Source: a virus
Strand: one strand, 5' to 3'
Virus record (IMG/VR): IMGVR_UViG_3300027771_000011
Span: 9,556 to 73,555 of that record
DNA length: 64,000 nt
This document shows, piece by piece, positions 9,956 through 20,409 of this stretch. Made by a program: the position numbers and the translations under genes. A model generated the notes under the pieces. That model ran no database searches. It had not been told where the DNA came from and saw only the letters and a list, made by a program, of their open reading frames with translations. Position 1 is the stretch's first letter. Every line of letters begins with the position of its first letter.

Positions 9956-11137
9956 ATGGCCGAGCAAGTCAAAGTATTTAAAAACGTAGTAGATCAGGTA
10001 GTGCCAGTAACGGCTACAGAAGTAGTTCTGCACACAACATCATCTACACAACGGGCAGTTCTAAAAGATCTAGATTGCATTAATTTAGGTGATGGAGTTA
10101 CGCTAGATCTTGATGGAAGAACAATGAATACGGGTACTAGTGCGGGACAGTTGGAGCGAACTAAAAGTTTAATTATGGGGCCGTCTTCTACTTTAAAGTT
10201 AAAGTTTCCAGCGGAAGATCCTGTTGGTTTTAATGGTATGTTCTTTTTTAGTGGAACAGAGGGAATAAATTTAGTTAGTGATGCAACAGTTATTACTGCA
10301 CCATCTATTACTAGCCTTAGTGGCTCAAGTATAGAAAGGACTGATGGATTTGTTCACAAACCTTTAGCTGCTGACACTCCATTTTATTTTGCTATAGCAA
10401 GTGGAGTTATTTACAAACATGATGAGACAGGTGCAGTAGTTTCTACTAGTAATCTTGGCCACACTGGTGTACATCAAATGTGTACTGACGGAACTTATAT
10501 TTACACCGTTAAATCAGGCACTCTATTAGGAAGAAAAAATATTGCTACCTATGTTGATAATGACATTACAATGACTGGGGATACTATGGCACAACCCGGA
10601 CTTAACCAAGGATCTTGGGCAATTTATCATAACGGTAAAGTGTATTCTAAAACAAGTGGTGGCAGTACTACTGTAACTATTTGTACTATAGCTACAGGAG
10701 TTGTAACTAGTAAAAATTCCGGTGAGTTAAATGTAGGTGGTTATGATGATGGAGGCTGTCTTGTTGTTAACAGGGCAGGCGTACCTTTTATTGTTGCTCA
10801 AGGCAGTTCCGCTATGATGTATTGGAATCTTAATACCGACATAGTAATTAAAATAGCAGGAGGCGGGGGTTCTACTGAATATGGCAACGGAGCGTGTGAA
10901 GTTGAAGCAGGAGTTGCGTTAATACTAGGTGAGGCAAGTGACCGAGTAACGATTATTGATACAAACTTAGCTGTTCCATCAGTAGTTAGGTACCTGTACC
11001 CCAACAATCCGTATCAACTTGTTGAGGGCTCCAATGGCAGCTTTGGAAATCGTATAGCAGCTGCTGGAGGTTTAGTGCCTGTACCGCAAAGAACATTTAG
11101 CGCGTATGTTGCTGGCATAGACATTACTGAGGATTAG
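9956..11137 (+). CDS. Putative virion protein, beta-rich (possibly a propeller)
   Basis: 393-aa ORF with GGAG RBS inside the fibre cluster. Confidence 0.55.
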   Translation: MAEQVKVFKNVVDQVVPVTATEVVLHTTSSTQRAVLKDLDCINLGDGVTLDLDGRTMNTGTSAGQLERTKSLIMGPSSTLKLKFPAEDPVGFNGMFFFSGTEGINLVSDATVITAPSITSLSGSSIERTDGFVHKPLAADTPFYFAIASGVIYKHDETGAVVSTSNLGHTGVHQMCTDGTYIYTVKSGTLLGRKNIATYVDNDITMTGDTMAQPGLNQGSWAIYHNGKVYSKTSGGSTTVTICTIATGVVTSKNSGELNVGGYDDGGCLVVNRAGVPFIVAQGSSAMMYWNLNTDIVIKIAGGGGSTEYGNGACEVEAGVALILGEASDRVTIIDTNLAVPSVVRYLYPNNPYQLVEGSNGSFGNRIAAAGGLVPVPQRTFSAYVAGIDITED

Positions 11138-11140
11138 AAG

Positions 11141-12451
11141 ATGACGGATTATTTGTACACATCAGGCGGATTTCCCGCTTCTCCTAGTTCTGGTGACTCG
11201 TTGGTTATCAATGGTCTGTTCTACGATTGGACAGGTACAGCTTGGAAAGTTAGGTCTGTAACATCTAAGCGAGTTGAATTTACAGCTACTGCAAACCAAG
11301 CGACTAAAACAGGGCTTACTTATTTTGTTGGCAGTATAGATTGTTATATTAACGGGGCTAAGATGTTGTTGGGTTCAGACTTTACAGCAACCAATGGTAC
11401 GTCAGTCACATTTACCCCAGCACTTGATTTAGATGATGAAGTGCAATTAATCCTAGGTTCAAACGCATCGTTTTCAGGCACGACCACAGGTACCACATTG
11501 CCTGACCCTGTTACAGCTGCTGGATCATTGTTCTTCAAAACAGATACAACTGACCTATATGTCAGTAATGGCACTGCTTGGGAACAAGTAACTTCTACTG
11601 TACTAAGCTCAACAGGTGGAACAGTAACAACTACAGCTACTCATAAAATACATACATTTACTTCATCTGGTTCTATTAATGTTAGCGGCTCAGTAGTTGC
11701 TGATATTTTAATAGTTGCTGGCGGTGGTAGCGGAGGTGCAGCAGGTGGTGGTGGTGCAGGCGGCATGTTAGTAAGTACAGCTACACTTGCTAATAATAAT
11801 TACACAATTACAGTAGGCGCAGGAGCAGCCGCTGCGGTGGGTACAAATGCTTCGGGTATTGATGGTGCTTCTAGTTCAATAGGATCTTTATCTACTGCTA
11901 TAGGTGGTGGTGGAGGAGGAGCGTACTGGTCTACTTCAAACGCACCAGCAACTATCGGCAGGTCTGGCGGTTCAGGTGGTGGTGGTGGTTGGCCTGCAGG
12001 TGTTGGCGGATCGGGTACTTCGGGCCAAGGTAATGCAGGAGGTACTACTACTGATACAACTGCCAATCCATGGACTGCTGCTGGTGGCGGAGGTAAAGGT
12101 GGTCAAGGATTAGCAGATTCTGCGAACAGCGGAGGTAATGGGGGTATTGGTCTAATAAATACTTGGCTAGGTTCTTCTTACTATTTTGCTGGAGGTGGCG
12201 GAGGTGGCGCTCAAAGTGGAACAAAAGGTGGTGATGGTGGGCTAGGTGGAGGTGGAGGCGGTGCATTTGCCAATAGTGGTGCTGCTAGTTCTGGTGGCGG
12301 AAGCGCATTGAACTCTGGTGGTGCAGGCACAGACCGCTTAGGAGGTTCTGGTGGAGCAAACACTGGAGGAGGTGGAGGCGGTATGGCTGTGACTCTTGAT
12401 ACAAGTGGTGCCGGTGGATCTGGCATTGTAATAATCAGATATGCATTTTAA
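11141..12451 (+). CDS. Glycine-rich fibre/adhesin
   Basis: N-terminal YTSGGFP.SP.SGD module shared with 7889; KIHTFTSSG and polyglycine domain ending GGSGIVIIRY. Confidence 0.75.
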   Translation: MTDYLYTSGGFPASPSSGDSLVINGLFYDWTGTAWKVRSVTSKRVEFTATANQATKTGLTYFVGSIDCYINGAKMLLGSDFTATNGTSVTFTPALDLDDEVQLILGSNASFSGTTTGTTLPDPVTAAGSLFFKTDTTDLYVSNGTAWEQVTSTVLSSTGGTVTTTATHKIHTFTSSGSINVSGSVVADILIVAGGGSGGAAGGGGAGGMLVSTATLANNNYTITVGAGAAAAVGTNASGIDGASSSIGSLSTAIGGGGGGAYWSTSNAPATIGRSGGSGGGGGWPAGVGGSGTSGQGNAGGTTTDTTANPWTAAGGGGKGGQGLADSANSGGNGGIGLINTWLGSSYYFAGGGGGGAQSGTKGGDGGLGGGGGGAFANSGAASSGGGSALNSGGAGTDRLGGSGGANTGGGGGGMAVTLDTSGAGGSGIVIIRYAF

Positions 12452-12463
12452 GAGGTAGTAAAG

Positions 12464-12814
12464 ATGGCACATTATGCAAAAGTAAATTCAGGTGTAGTTG
12501 AGCAAGTTATCGTAGCAGAGGCTGACTTCTTTGATACATTTGTGGATACATCTCCGGGCCAGTGGATTCAAACATCTTACAACACCCACGGTGGTGTTCA
12601 TGCTGATGGTGGAACTCCGCTGCGTATGAACTACGCTGGCATAGGATTCGCATATGATTCTTCTAAAGATGCGTTTATTCCGCCTACGCCTTATCCATCA
12701 TGGACTCTTGTGGATGCTACCTGTCTATGGGAAGCACCTACTGCTTACCCTTCAGATGGTGAAGAATATGTATGGGACGAGAGCACAACTGCATGGGTGG
12801 CTGTAGATGAGTAA
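12464..12814 (+). CDS. Conserved phage fibre-associated protein
   Basis: MAHYAKV...WIQTSYN...RMNYAGIG...DAFIPP.PYPSW motif that commonly follows Gly-rich fibres. Confidence 0.75.
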   Translation: MAHYAKVNSGVVEQVIVAEADFFDTFVDTSPGQWIQTSYNTHGGVHADGGTPLRMNYAGIGFAYDSSKDAFIPPTPYPSWTLVDATCLWEAPTAYPSDGEEYVWDESTTAWVAVDE

Positions 12815-14372
12815 AGCAAGAAATTTAGCAACGTTACTAGGCTCAGACGGCTCAGTTAAAACAACGAAGGGCGGTAGCGGGCAATCTACTTTTGTGGCTT
12901 CAGGTGCTTTACCGAATGGAAAGCCTATCATTTTAAACTCGAATGGAACCGTGTCGGCAGTCGGGAATACTATTGTAGATCAAACTTTAACACTTGCTTG
13001 GCCTGCAGGGGGTTACACGACTACCTCCAATAAAGGGCCGGTAGGCTTAGATTCTGATTTTAATCCGAACGTTGCTAATCAATTTGTAATTGTTTACGGA
13101 GACAACAATAACAGTAATTACACTACGTGTGCAGTAGGAACTGTTAGCGGCACCACAATTACATTCGGTACTCCTGTAGTGGTAGTTTCTGCTCATAACG
13201 GTGGTGCAGAGATTAATTTTAATCCAAATAGAGCTAGTCAGTTTTTGTTATTTTATCAAGATAATGGTGACAGTTATAAACGCAAACTAAAAGTTGGAAC
13301 AATATCTGGGACTACTCCTTCATTTGGTTCTGCAACCAATGTTACTACGTCGTATGGTAATACTAGTTTCCGAGGTTGTATGGAGTTTGACCCCTTTACC
13401 ACTGATAAATTTATTGTATTTTATCAAAATAATAATAACGGGCCATTGGAAGTGCGGATTTCTACTGTTAACAGTGGAGGCACAATAACTCTTGGATCTG
13501 CAGTGCAAGCCGTTGCATCAGGCTCAGCTAATTATCCGAGTTTAACTTTAGATAAAAATACTGCGAATAAGTTTTTAATTACTTGGCGTGACGCAAATAA
13601 TGATGGGGCTGCGAGAGCTGGAACAATATCAGGAGTCACTTGTAGCTTTGGCACCTCAATGGTTTGGGATAGTGCTAATCCTTATTACATAGTCACAGCC
13701 AGTGAAAAAGGAAGAAGTGGAAAGTTTTTAGTTGCTTCTTATGACCAACCTAATAGTGGAAGAACACAATTAAGAGTGCTAACAGTTTCAGGCACTACGG
13801 TAACTGCTGGCTCTCCAGTAAATATCTCTAACGGGCCTTTCTACACATCTGGCATACAAAATGATCCTAACGCTGCAGGTAAGTTTGTATTGCATGGAGG
13901 AGATGGTAATGCTCCATACGGACATAAAGCATACGTTGTAACTGTTTCTGGCGATGTGTCATCAGTGTCATCAGTTTATGACATGACAAATACTAAGAGA
14001 GGTGGGACAGCTGAAGGTGTTATTTGTTTTGATCCTAATAACAACGGCAAACTTATATTTGGTGCTGGATATAGTCCGTCACTAGGCCATGGAACTCAGT
14101 TTGCGGTTACACAACTGGGAGGCACATATCAAGGAGTTACAACTAATTTGACAGCGACTAACTTTATCGGCATACCGAGCGCAGCTTTTGCAGACACAGC
14201 TTCTGCAACCGTACAATTGCAGGGAGGTATTGCATCTAATCTTTCTGGATTAACAGCTGGTGCCACATATTATGTGAAAACTGACGCGACTTTTTCTACT
14301 ACCGCAGGCACACCGAGCGTTGTGGCAGGCAAAGCATTATCAGCAACCTCAATTTTATTAAAAGGTATTTAG
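12807..14372 (+). CDS. Beta-propeller-like virion protein, paralog of the core of 7889
   Basis: Shared FVASG.LPNG.P.IL and TTNLTATNFIG...ALSAT..LL boundaries. Confidence 0.7.
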   Translation: MSKARNLATLLGSDGSVKTTKGGSGQSTFVASGALPNGKPIILNSNGTVSAVGNTIVDQTLTLAWPAGGYTTTSNKGPVGLDSDFNPNVANQFVIVYGDNNNSNYTTCAVGTVSGTTITFGTPVVVVSAHNGGAEINFNPNRASQFLLFYQDNGDSYKRKLKVGTISGTTPSFGSATNVTTSYGNTSFRGCMEFDPFTTDKFIVFYQNNNNGPLEVRISTVNSGGTITLGSAVQAVASGSANYPSLTLDKNTANKFLITWRDANNDGAARAGTISGVTCSFGTSMVWDSANPYYIVTASEKGRSGKFLVASYDQPNSGRTQLRVLTVSGTTVTAGSPVNISNGPFYTSGIQNDPNAAGKFVLHGGDGNAPYGHKAYVVTVSGDVSSVSSVYDMTNTKRGGTAEGVICFDPNNNGKLIFGAGYSPSLGHGTQFAVTQLGGTYQGVTTNLTATNFIGIPSAAFADTASATVQLQGGIASNLSGLTAGATYYVKTDATFSTTAGTPSVVAGKALSATSILLKGI

Positions 14373-14373
14373 C

Positions 14374-14628
14374 ATGAAGACAATCATCGAGAATGATACA
14401 AACATCAGCAAGTATATGTTTGCTAATTCAGTAGCTATTACTATGGGTGCAGACTTTATTACAACTCCTAATTTTATTATTGGAGATATGAATACAAGTA
14501 ACTGTATCTTAGTCGAAGGTGTAACAGCTCCTGCTGGTTGGGTAGGATGTAAGCACACATTTGACGGCACAACATGGGCAGTAAACTCAGCCTACGTTGC
14601 TCCTGAAGAAGAATCAGATCCTGAGTAA
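14374..14628 (+). CDS. Small fibre-associated protein
   Basis: 84-aa ORF with AP.GW.G.K..FDGTTW motif. Confidence 0.6.
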   Translation: MKTIIENDTNISKYMFANSVAITMGADFITTPNFIIGDMNTSNCILVEGVTAPAGWVGCKHTFDGTTWAVNSAYVAPEEESDPE

Positions 14629-14629
14629 C

Positions 14630-14644
14630 TCTGGCTGAGCCGGA
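14630..14644 (+). promoter_or_regulatory. Recurrent 15-nt hairpin TCYGG-N5-CCGGA, copy 1
   Basis: TCTGGCTGAGCCGGA between a stop codon and a terminator; other copies at 58079, 59576, 62702. Confidence 0.55.
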
Positions 14645-14648
14645 CTAG

Positions 14649-14672
14649 AGCCTCGATTGTCGGGGCTTTTTT
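14649..14672 (+). terminator. Rho-independent terminator
   Basis: AGCCTCGA-TTG-TCGGGGCT stem followed by a T run. Confidence 0.8.
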
Positions 14673-14924
14673 ATGCCTGTAATAAAGAGAGCCAACATGT
14701 ATCTAATCGTGATAGCCACTATGTTAGCAAGTGCAGAGCCTACGCTTCCTGTACTTATGGCAGGCTATCCAACACTAAGTAAGTGTCGATTAGAGTTAGT
14801 GGACATTGCCAAGATAAATGGTTTCGATCTTGTGATCAGCCCTCTTGTCGGCTACTCAGTTGTAAACATGAAGGACAATAAATCAGTCTTGGCTTTTTGT
14901 GTTAAGGATATTAGGAACATTTGA
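14673..14924 (+). CDS. Hypothetical protein
   Basis: 83-aa ORF with hydrophobic N-terminus and two Cys; start may be 14697. Confidence 0.5.
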   Translation: MPVIKRANMYLIVIATMLASAEPTLPVLMAGYPTLSKCRLELVDIAKINGFDLVISPLVGYSVVNMKDNKSVLAFCVKDIRNI

Positions 14925-15109
14925 TGTGGTCTTCACCTGTGGAACTTTATCCTATTAACCTAGCCCCTACTCAAGCACCGCAGGGGCAGGGTCATGTTAT
15001 TGAACCACAGACTGAATATCGGCTACAGAACTACACCCCAGTTCATCCGCCTACGGCTCCTTATGAGCTATCTGAACATTATTATTCTCGGAGGTTATGG
15101 ATATGCTAG
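14921..15109 (+). CDS. Hypothetical protein
   Basis: 62-aa ORF overlapping both neighbours. Confidence 0.45.
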   Translation: MMWSSPVELYPINLAPTQAPQGQGHVIEPQTEYRLQNYTPVHPPTAPYELSEHYYSRRLWIC

Positions 15110-15546
15110 CAGAACTTGCTATAGCAAACGCTGCCTTCGCAGTGATCAAAACCACTTTGGCCAACGGAAAGGAAATTGCTGACGCTGGTGTATCTCTAGG
15201 GAAATATTTTGGAGCGGAAAAGGCGATAGCTAAACAAGTAGCTAGTGGATCTGGCAATGTACTCGAGGCTTTTCAAGCAAAAGAGGCACTTGTTAGGCAG
15301 GAAGAAGAATTAAGATTCATGCTTAATAAACAGCGTTTGCATGGGTGGAAGGACTTTGTGGCATTTAAAGCTGCATACACTAGAGAATTAAAAGAAGCTC
15401 AGCAGGCCGAAGCTAAACGGAAATTATTGAAAGCTAAAAAACTTGAAGCCAATCTTACAATAGGAATTACTGTCGGATTAATAATGATTTTAATCATGGG
15501 TGCGTTATTCGGGGTTGCTATTTATATCAAACAGGGTCACTTATGA
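15097..15546 (+). CDS. Coiled-coil membrane protein
   Basis: MLAELAIANAAFAVIK N-terminus; C-terminal transmembrane helix; GGAGG RBS. Confidence 0.7.
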   Translation: MDMLAELAIANAAFAVIKTTLANGKEIADAGVSLGKYFGAEKAIAKQVASGSGNVLEAFQAKEALVRQEEELRFMLNKQRLHGWKDFVAFKAAYTRELKEAQQAEAKRKLLKAKKLEANLTIGITVGLIMILIMGALFGVAIYIKQGHL

Positions 15547-15851
15547 GTGTTGTTAAAGCAAAGAAAAAGGAAGTGTTAATGGACACCGATAAAAGATTTG
15601 ATCGGATAGAAGCTAAGTTAGACAAGCTTGTGGATGCTCTCTCTCAGTTAGTCGCAGTGGAGACAAAGATCGACCACCTCAATCTTCATCAAGCCACCCA
15701 AGATAAAAGGTTAGATGTACATAGCAACCGCTTAGATCAATTAAACACGGCTGTAATAAAAGCTGGTGGCGTTGCCAGAGTGTTAGAACGGATAGGATTT
15801 ATTATCGTAACCTGCGCTGTGGGTTATTTCTTTGCAAACTATAACGGTTAA
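15543..15851 (+). CDS. Coiled-coil plus TM protein (holin/XhlA-like lysis accessory)
   Basis: RFDRIEAKLDKL heptads and C-terminal TM segment, directly upstream of the endolysin. Confidence 0.55.
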   Translation: MSVVKAKKKEVLMDTDKRFDRIEAKLDKLVDALSQLVAVETKIDHLNLHQATQDKRLDVHSNRLDQLNTAVIKAGGVARVLERIGFIIVTCAVGYFFANYNG

Positions 15852-15856
15852 CTAAT

Positions 15857-16222
15857 ATGAATTACTTTTCTGAAGACGAACTCAAGTGCTCCCACTCAGG
15901 TGAATGTGAAATGGATGAAGCCTTTATGGAAAAGGTGAATGCCATCCGTGAAGTATGTGACTTTCCTTTCACAGTGACTTCTGCTTACCGCCATCCCACT
16001 CATCCTATCGAAGCAAGAAAGAAGAAGCCCGGAGCACACGCTTCAGGTCATGCTATTGATATAGCGGTTAGGGGTGACAAGGCTCACCGTCTGATTGAGA
16101 TCGCTCTCAAGTACGGTATGACTGGTATCGGTGTTGCTCAGAAAGGCGGTTCAAGATTTATTCACTTGGACGATTTAACAGCGGAAGATGGCTTCCCTCG
16201 TCCTACCGTTTGGAGTTATTAG
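15857..16222 (+). CDS. Endolysin, peptidase M15 family
   Basis: YFSEDELKC, VTSAYR, GAHASGHAIDI and FIHLD zinc-peptidase motifs. Confidence 0.9.
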   Translation: MNYFSEDELKCSHSGECEMDEAFMEKVNAIREVCDFPFTVTSAYRHPTHPIEARKKKPGAHASGHAIDIAVRGDKAHRLIEIALKYGMTGIGVAQKGGSRFIHLDDLTAEDGFPRPTVWSY

Positions 16223-16230
16223 GAGGTTCT

Positions 16231-16665
16231 ATGTGGGGTTCAATCATTGGTGCGCTATCAAGCAGCGTAGGTGGCTACTTCAAAGGTAAACAAGAACTAG
16301 CAGGGGCCAAGTTGAAAGGCCAGCTGATCGCCATTGAAGCAGAAGCTGAAACTACCTTGGCGATTGCTAAAGGTAAGGTTCGCATGGCTGCAGAAGGCCA
16401 GTCTCAGAACTTCAACCTTGACATGGTTGCTATGCAAAACATGGAGAAGTCCTATAAGGACGAGATAATTCTTATAGTGTTTATGACCCCCATGGTACTA
16501 GCCTTTATACCGACCATGGATGTATACGCTCTGCGTGGATTTGAGGTCATCAGCAAGATGCCTCAGTGGTATCAGTACACTCTGGTTGGAATGGTCGTGG
16601 TGATCTACGGTATGAGAGGCATGCTTGAGAAAGTTATCTCTTCAAAAGTCCCTAAGTTTAAATAG
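16231..16665 (+). CDS. Putative holin
   Basis: AGGAGG RBS; SYKDE motif then two TM helices with PQWY; adjacent to the endolysin. Confidence 0.6.
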   Translation: MWGSIIGALSSSVGGYFKGKQELAGAKLKGQLIAIEAEAETTLAIAKGKVRMAAEGQSQNFNLDMVAMQNMEKSYKDEIILIVFMTPMVLAFIPTMDVYALRGFEVISKMPQWYQYTLVGMVVVIYGMRGMLEKVISSKVPKFK

Positions 16666-16682
16666 TTAACAGAGATAAGATC

Positions 16683-18329
16683 ATGGCCCTTATAAAAATA
16701 GATGTATTTAAGGGCATAGCCCCTAAGTTATCAGCCCGTTTGTTGCCTAGCGGTTCTGCAAAAACTGCTGTCAACTGCCGTCTAGACTCAGGGGACTTGG
16801 CCCCCATACGAGGACTTAGTGACATTGCCAGTACTGCGGAAACTGCTGGAACCGAAAACAGTCTTTATAAGTACGATACAGTTGGTGGTGTAGACCAGTG
16901 GTTTAGGTGGGATGAGGACGTAGATGTAGTTAGGTCTCCAATCGCTGCAAACACTTACAACCGTGTTTACTATACAGGTGATTCATTAGATGGTAAGCGG
17001 CCTAGAGTGACATACAATTCTATAGCTGTAGGAGGTGGCACTGTATATCCTTCTGCCTCATTCAGATTGGGACTACCTGCACCAACTACAGCCCCCACTA
17101 TGACAGTTGTCGGTTCAGTTCCTGCCGATACAGAAAACGCGATAAAAGAATCCAGATCTTACGTCTATACTTTTGTATCAGTTAATGGTGAAGAAGGGCC
17201 ACCCTCTGCACCTAGCGCGGTACTTGATCTATATCCTTCAGCTCAGACAGTCAGTATTTCAACAATGGACAATGGTATACCTGCTTCCTCTGACGTCACA
17301 CACAAAAACATTTACCGAACTGTCACTTCAGCGGCAGGAACTTTTTACATGTACGTTGATGTAGTTTTACTTTCTCAACAAGTATATCCAGATAGTAAAA
17401 CCGCATTGGAAGTAGGTGGAGTTCTACCGTCTACTGATTGGGTCGCACCTCCTGCTGAAATGATTGGGCTGACGTCATTATCAAATGGCATATTGGCCGG
17501 ATTTAAGGACAACGAAGTCATGTTTTGTGAGCCATTTATGCCTCATGCGTGGCCTACAAAATATAGATTGTCTACAGACTTTTCCATCGTGGCTATTAAG
17601 GCAGTAGGAAGTAGCTTAATTGTTACCACTAAAGCTTATCCTTATGTAGTTCAGGGTTCGCATCCAAGCAATATGACGATTGTAAGGATGAGAGAAAATC
17701 AAGCCTGCGTATCTAAGCGGTCTATTGTCAACATGGGTAGCCATGTTATGTATGCCTCACCAGATGGTCTTGTGTCAGCTTCTGGAACAGCGGCTACTCT
17801 GGCTACAGATAAGGTCTTTAGTCGCTCTCAGTGGCAAGCCTTGAAGCCTGAGACTATACATTCGTACATGTACGAAGGTAATTACGTTGGATTGTATACG
17901 GTTAGTGGTGTTCAAAAAGGATTTATATTTAATCCACAGACTCTTCTATTGTCTGACCTTACCCAAGTGACGACTTTGACTGGAGGTTATTCTGATCCAG
18001 AAGCTGATGCCCTTTACTTTATAGATTCTTCTAGCCAGATAAAACAATTCGACTCTGGATCAGAGGCTACTTATGAGTGGCATTCCAAACAGTACAAAAT
18101 AGAAAGGCCCATCAACATGGCTGTGGCTAAGGTTGAAGCAGAGTCATATTCAAACATAACTATATCAGTTTACGCTGAAAGTGGTTTAGTGCACTCACAA
18201 GCCGTATTAAATGAACGTGCTTTTAGGCTCCCTTCTGGGTACAGATCTAACCAGTATGAAGTAAAGGTTGTGGGTACTGATATTATTAATAGTGTAGTAG
18301 TCGCTACTAGCATGAGCGAGATTGTCTAA
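16683..18329 (+). CDS. Tail tubular/stabilization (nozzle-like) protein
   Basis: F.GIAP.LS.RLLP N-terminus; RSYVYTFVS..GEEGPPS; EPF.PHAWP; ACVSKRS; YASPDGLV. Confidence 0.75.
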   Translation: MALIKIDVFKGIAPKLSARLLPSGSAKTAVNCRLDSGDLAPIRGLSDIASTAETAGTENSLYKYDTVGGVDQWFRWDEDVDVVRSPIAANTYNRVYYTGDSLDGKRPRVTYNSIAVGGGTVYPSASFRLGLPAPTTAPTMTVVGSVPADTENAIKESRSYVYTFVSVNGEEGPPSAPSAVLDLYPSAQTVSISTMDNGIPASSDVTHKNIYRTVTSAAGTFYMYVDVVLLSQQVYPDSKTALEVGGVLPSTDWVAPPAEMIGLTSLSNGILAGFKDNEVMFCEPFMPHAWPTKYRLSTDFSIVAIKAVGSSLIVTTKAYPYVVQGSHPSNMTIVRMRENQACVSKRSIVNMGSHVMYASPDGLVSASGTAATLATDKVFSRSQWQALKPETIHSYMYEGNYVGLYTVSGVQKGFIFNPQTLLLSDLTQVTTLTGGYSDPEADALYFIDSSSQIKQFDSGSEATYEWHSKQYKIERPINMAVAKVEAESYSNITISVYAESGLVHSQAVLNERAFRLPSGYRSNQYEVKVVGTDIINSVVVATSMSEIV

Positions 18330-20320
18330 TGAGCAAAAAACCAGACACACCCAATATTTCTGCAGACTTAATTGACGAAGGATCTCAACGCCTATTCAAT
18401 GAATCTGTAAAAGAATGCCTTGAAGTTCTTGAAGGTAAGAGAGGTGATGGTTTAGATAGAGCACTCACTGCTAGAGACCTATCCCAAGCTGGGGTAATTA
18501 AAGTAACAACCTCATCAAGTGCTGTAGCTGGTGAGATAGGTATCGCACCTTCACCAGTGGTCACTGAAGTAGTAGAATTCCCGACAACACCAACTGGTCT
18601 AACTGTCTCAGGAGCGTTTACAAACATACTCCTTGTGTGGGATTCCCCTACTTTTAAGGGGTTCACAAGCACTGAGGTCTGGAGGTATGAGACTAATCTT
18701 CTGGCTTCATCAGTTCTTGTGGCCACAGTTGAGCACCATATGTACAGTGAGCCAGTCAACCCAGCATCTACTTACTACTACTGGATTAGGCATGTCAATA
18801 AACTCAATCAAAAGGGTAGCTTCAATGCTAGCTCTGGAACCCTTGGACAAACTAATCAGACAGTAGCATCTATTCTAACTGACCTAAATGAATCCATTGG
18901 ATTAAGTTCCTTAGATACTGCTTTGTCAGCAGAAATTGCCACCATTGGTACCATTGGTACATCAGTTACCGCACATACGTCTACACTGGGAGATCTGGTT
19001 GGTGAGCAATACGTTAGGATTAATGGCGCAGGAGAAGTCGCAGGATACGGTATTTCTGCTGGCCCAACCTCAAGTGAATTTGCGGTCAACGCTGGTTTGT
19101 TTAAGGTAGGTAATGGGGTTGGCTCAACGGCACCCTTCTTTATTGTCACAGGCGATGGCATGGCGATTGGTCAAGATGGGACAAGGTACACCAACCAAAC
19201 TAAAGCGTGGCAAGAAAGTGGGGGTGCAACCACTCCACTAGATACAAATATATCTTTTGGAAAGTGGTTTGCTGCTGGCACATACATGGAATCGGCAATG
19301 ATTGCTGACGCGTCTATAGATGTAGCAAAGATTAACAATCTTACGGTTGATTTTGCAAATGTTACTGGAGTCTTGACGGCAAACCAAATAGAAGCAATTC
19401 AGCTGGACGCATCGAATATAGACATAAACCATTATTTGGATTTTACTTCAACAACTTCTGGGGTGAGATTTCAAAAAACTACTCTTGCTGATAAACAGGC
19501 AGGTGCTTTTTATGGACGAGAGGGCAATGTTGCTGGATTCCGTGTGGGTGGAACAACTGGTGGAATTTATGCGGATTCAACGGGTTTAGTCGAGTTAAAT
19601 AATGTTCGACTATATTCTGGTGGCCCCGGAACTCCAGTTGAGTTTTTCCAAGTAGGAACAGTTCTTACGCAAGGTATTAGTAGCACAGGGACAGTGACCA
19701 TATTGATAGTTGGTGGTGGAGCAGGTGCTCCGAATAGTGGTCTTCCCCAAGTTAATGGTTATATATATCCACAAAACCCAACTGCGGGTGGTGCTGGAAC
19801 GGCCTCATGGTTAGAGTTTCGCAATAGCTCTGGAACAAGAGTAGGTTCAAGATACACAGCCGCTGGAGGTGCGTCATCAGCCATAACTCACCGATCTAAT
19901 AGTCAATACTACAATGGCGTTTCAGGACAGGCTTCATCACAACCCAACTCAGCAGGTGCTGGGGGAACTCCAGCACCCGGAGATGGTTACAGAGGTGGTG
20001 GTGGTGGCAGTCCGGGTGGTGGTTATCAAACCTATTCTTCTACGGCGGCTGTAACAACAGTAGCTAATGCAGGAGCAACCATATCTCAAGAGGTCACAGT
20101 GCCTGCTGGTGCGACTCAGATTGCAGTTTACTTAGGTGCAGGAGGAGCGGGTGGTCATTTCTATTATGGCGGAAGTCCTAATGGAAACCAAGGTGTCGTT
20201 AGTAGTACAGATGGTGGTGATGGTGGTGATGGTTATGTGACTTATGCTGACCCTGAATCAGGGGGAATAGAAATTGATTTAACATCAATACTAACCCGCC
20301 TAAATGCGCTAGAAGCATAG
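18329..20320 (+). CDS. Tail tip/host-specificity protein (FN3-like domain plus Gly-rich C-terminus)
   Basis: PTTPTGL...YYYWIRHVN FN3-like domain; VAGYGI..SEFAVNA and IADASIDVAKI motifs as in J-like proteins. Confidence 0.7.
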   Translation: MSKKPDTPNISADLIDEGSQRLFNESVKECLEVLEGKRGDGLDRALTARDLSQAGVIKVTTSSSAVAGEIGIAPSPVVTEVVEFPTTPTGLTVSGAFTNILLVWDSPTFKGFTSTEVWRYETNLLASSVLVATVEHHMYSEPVNPASTYYYWIRHVNKLNQKGSFNASSGTLGQTNQTVASILTDLNESIGLSSLDTALSAEIATIGTIGTSVTAHTSTLGDLVGEQYVRINGAGEVAGYGISAGPTSSEFAVNAGLFKVGNGVGSTAPFFIVTGDGMAIGQDGTRYTNQTKAWQESGGATTPLDTNISFGKWFAAGTYMESAMIADASIDVAKINNLTVDFANVTGVLTANQIEAIQLDASNIDINHYLDFTSTTSGVRFQKTTLADKQAGAFYGREGNVAGFRVGGTTGGIYADSTGLVELNNVRLYSGGPGTPVEFFQVGTVLTQGISSTGTVTILIVGGGAGAPNSGLPQVNGYIYPQNPTAGGAGTASWLEFRNSSGTRVGSRYTAAGGASSAITHRSNSQYYNGVSGQASSQPNSAGAGGTPAPGDGYRGGGGGSPGGGYQTYSSTAAVTTVANAGATISQEVTVPAGATQIAVYLGAGGAGGHFYYGGSPNGNQGVVSSTDGGDGGDGYVTYADPESGGIEIDLTSILTRLNALEA

Positions 20321-20409
20321 TAGTTTAGAGGCAAAATAACACTGATATATTTGTAAAACATAGGTACGTTTAGGGTAGTGATAAACCCTATTATCTATGA
20401 GTTTAAACA

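Noticed and set aside
11344-12426. Pro-rich minus-strand ORFs over the Gly-rich genes, and similar shadow ORFs across the structural region
   Set aside because: Antisense reflections of GGN/GCN codons, fully nested in stronger genes.
560-20320. Diversity-generating retroelement acting on the fibre genes
   Set aside because: No reverse transcriptase in the window and no template/variable repeat pair differing only at adenines was seen by eye; an RT could lie outside the window.
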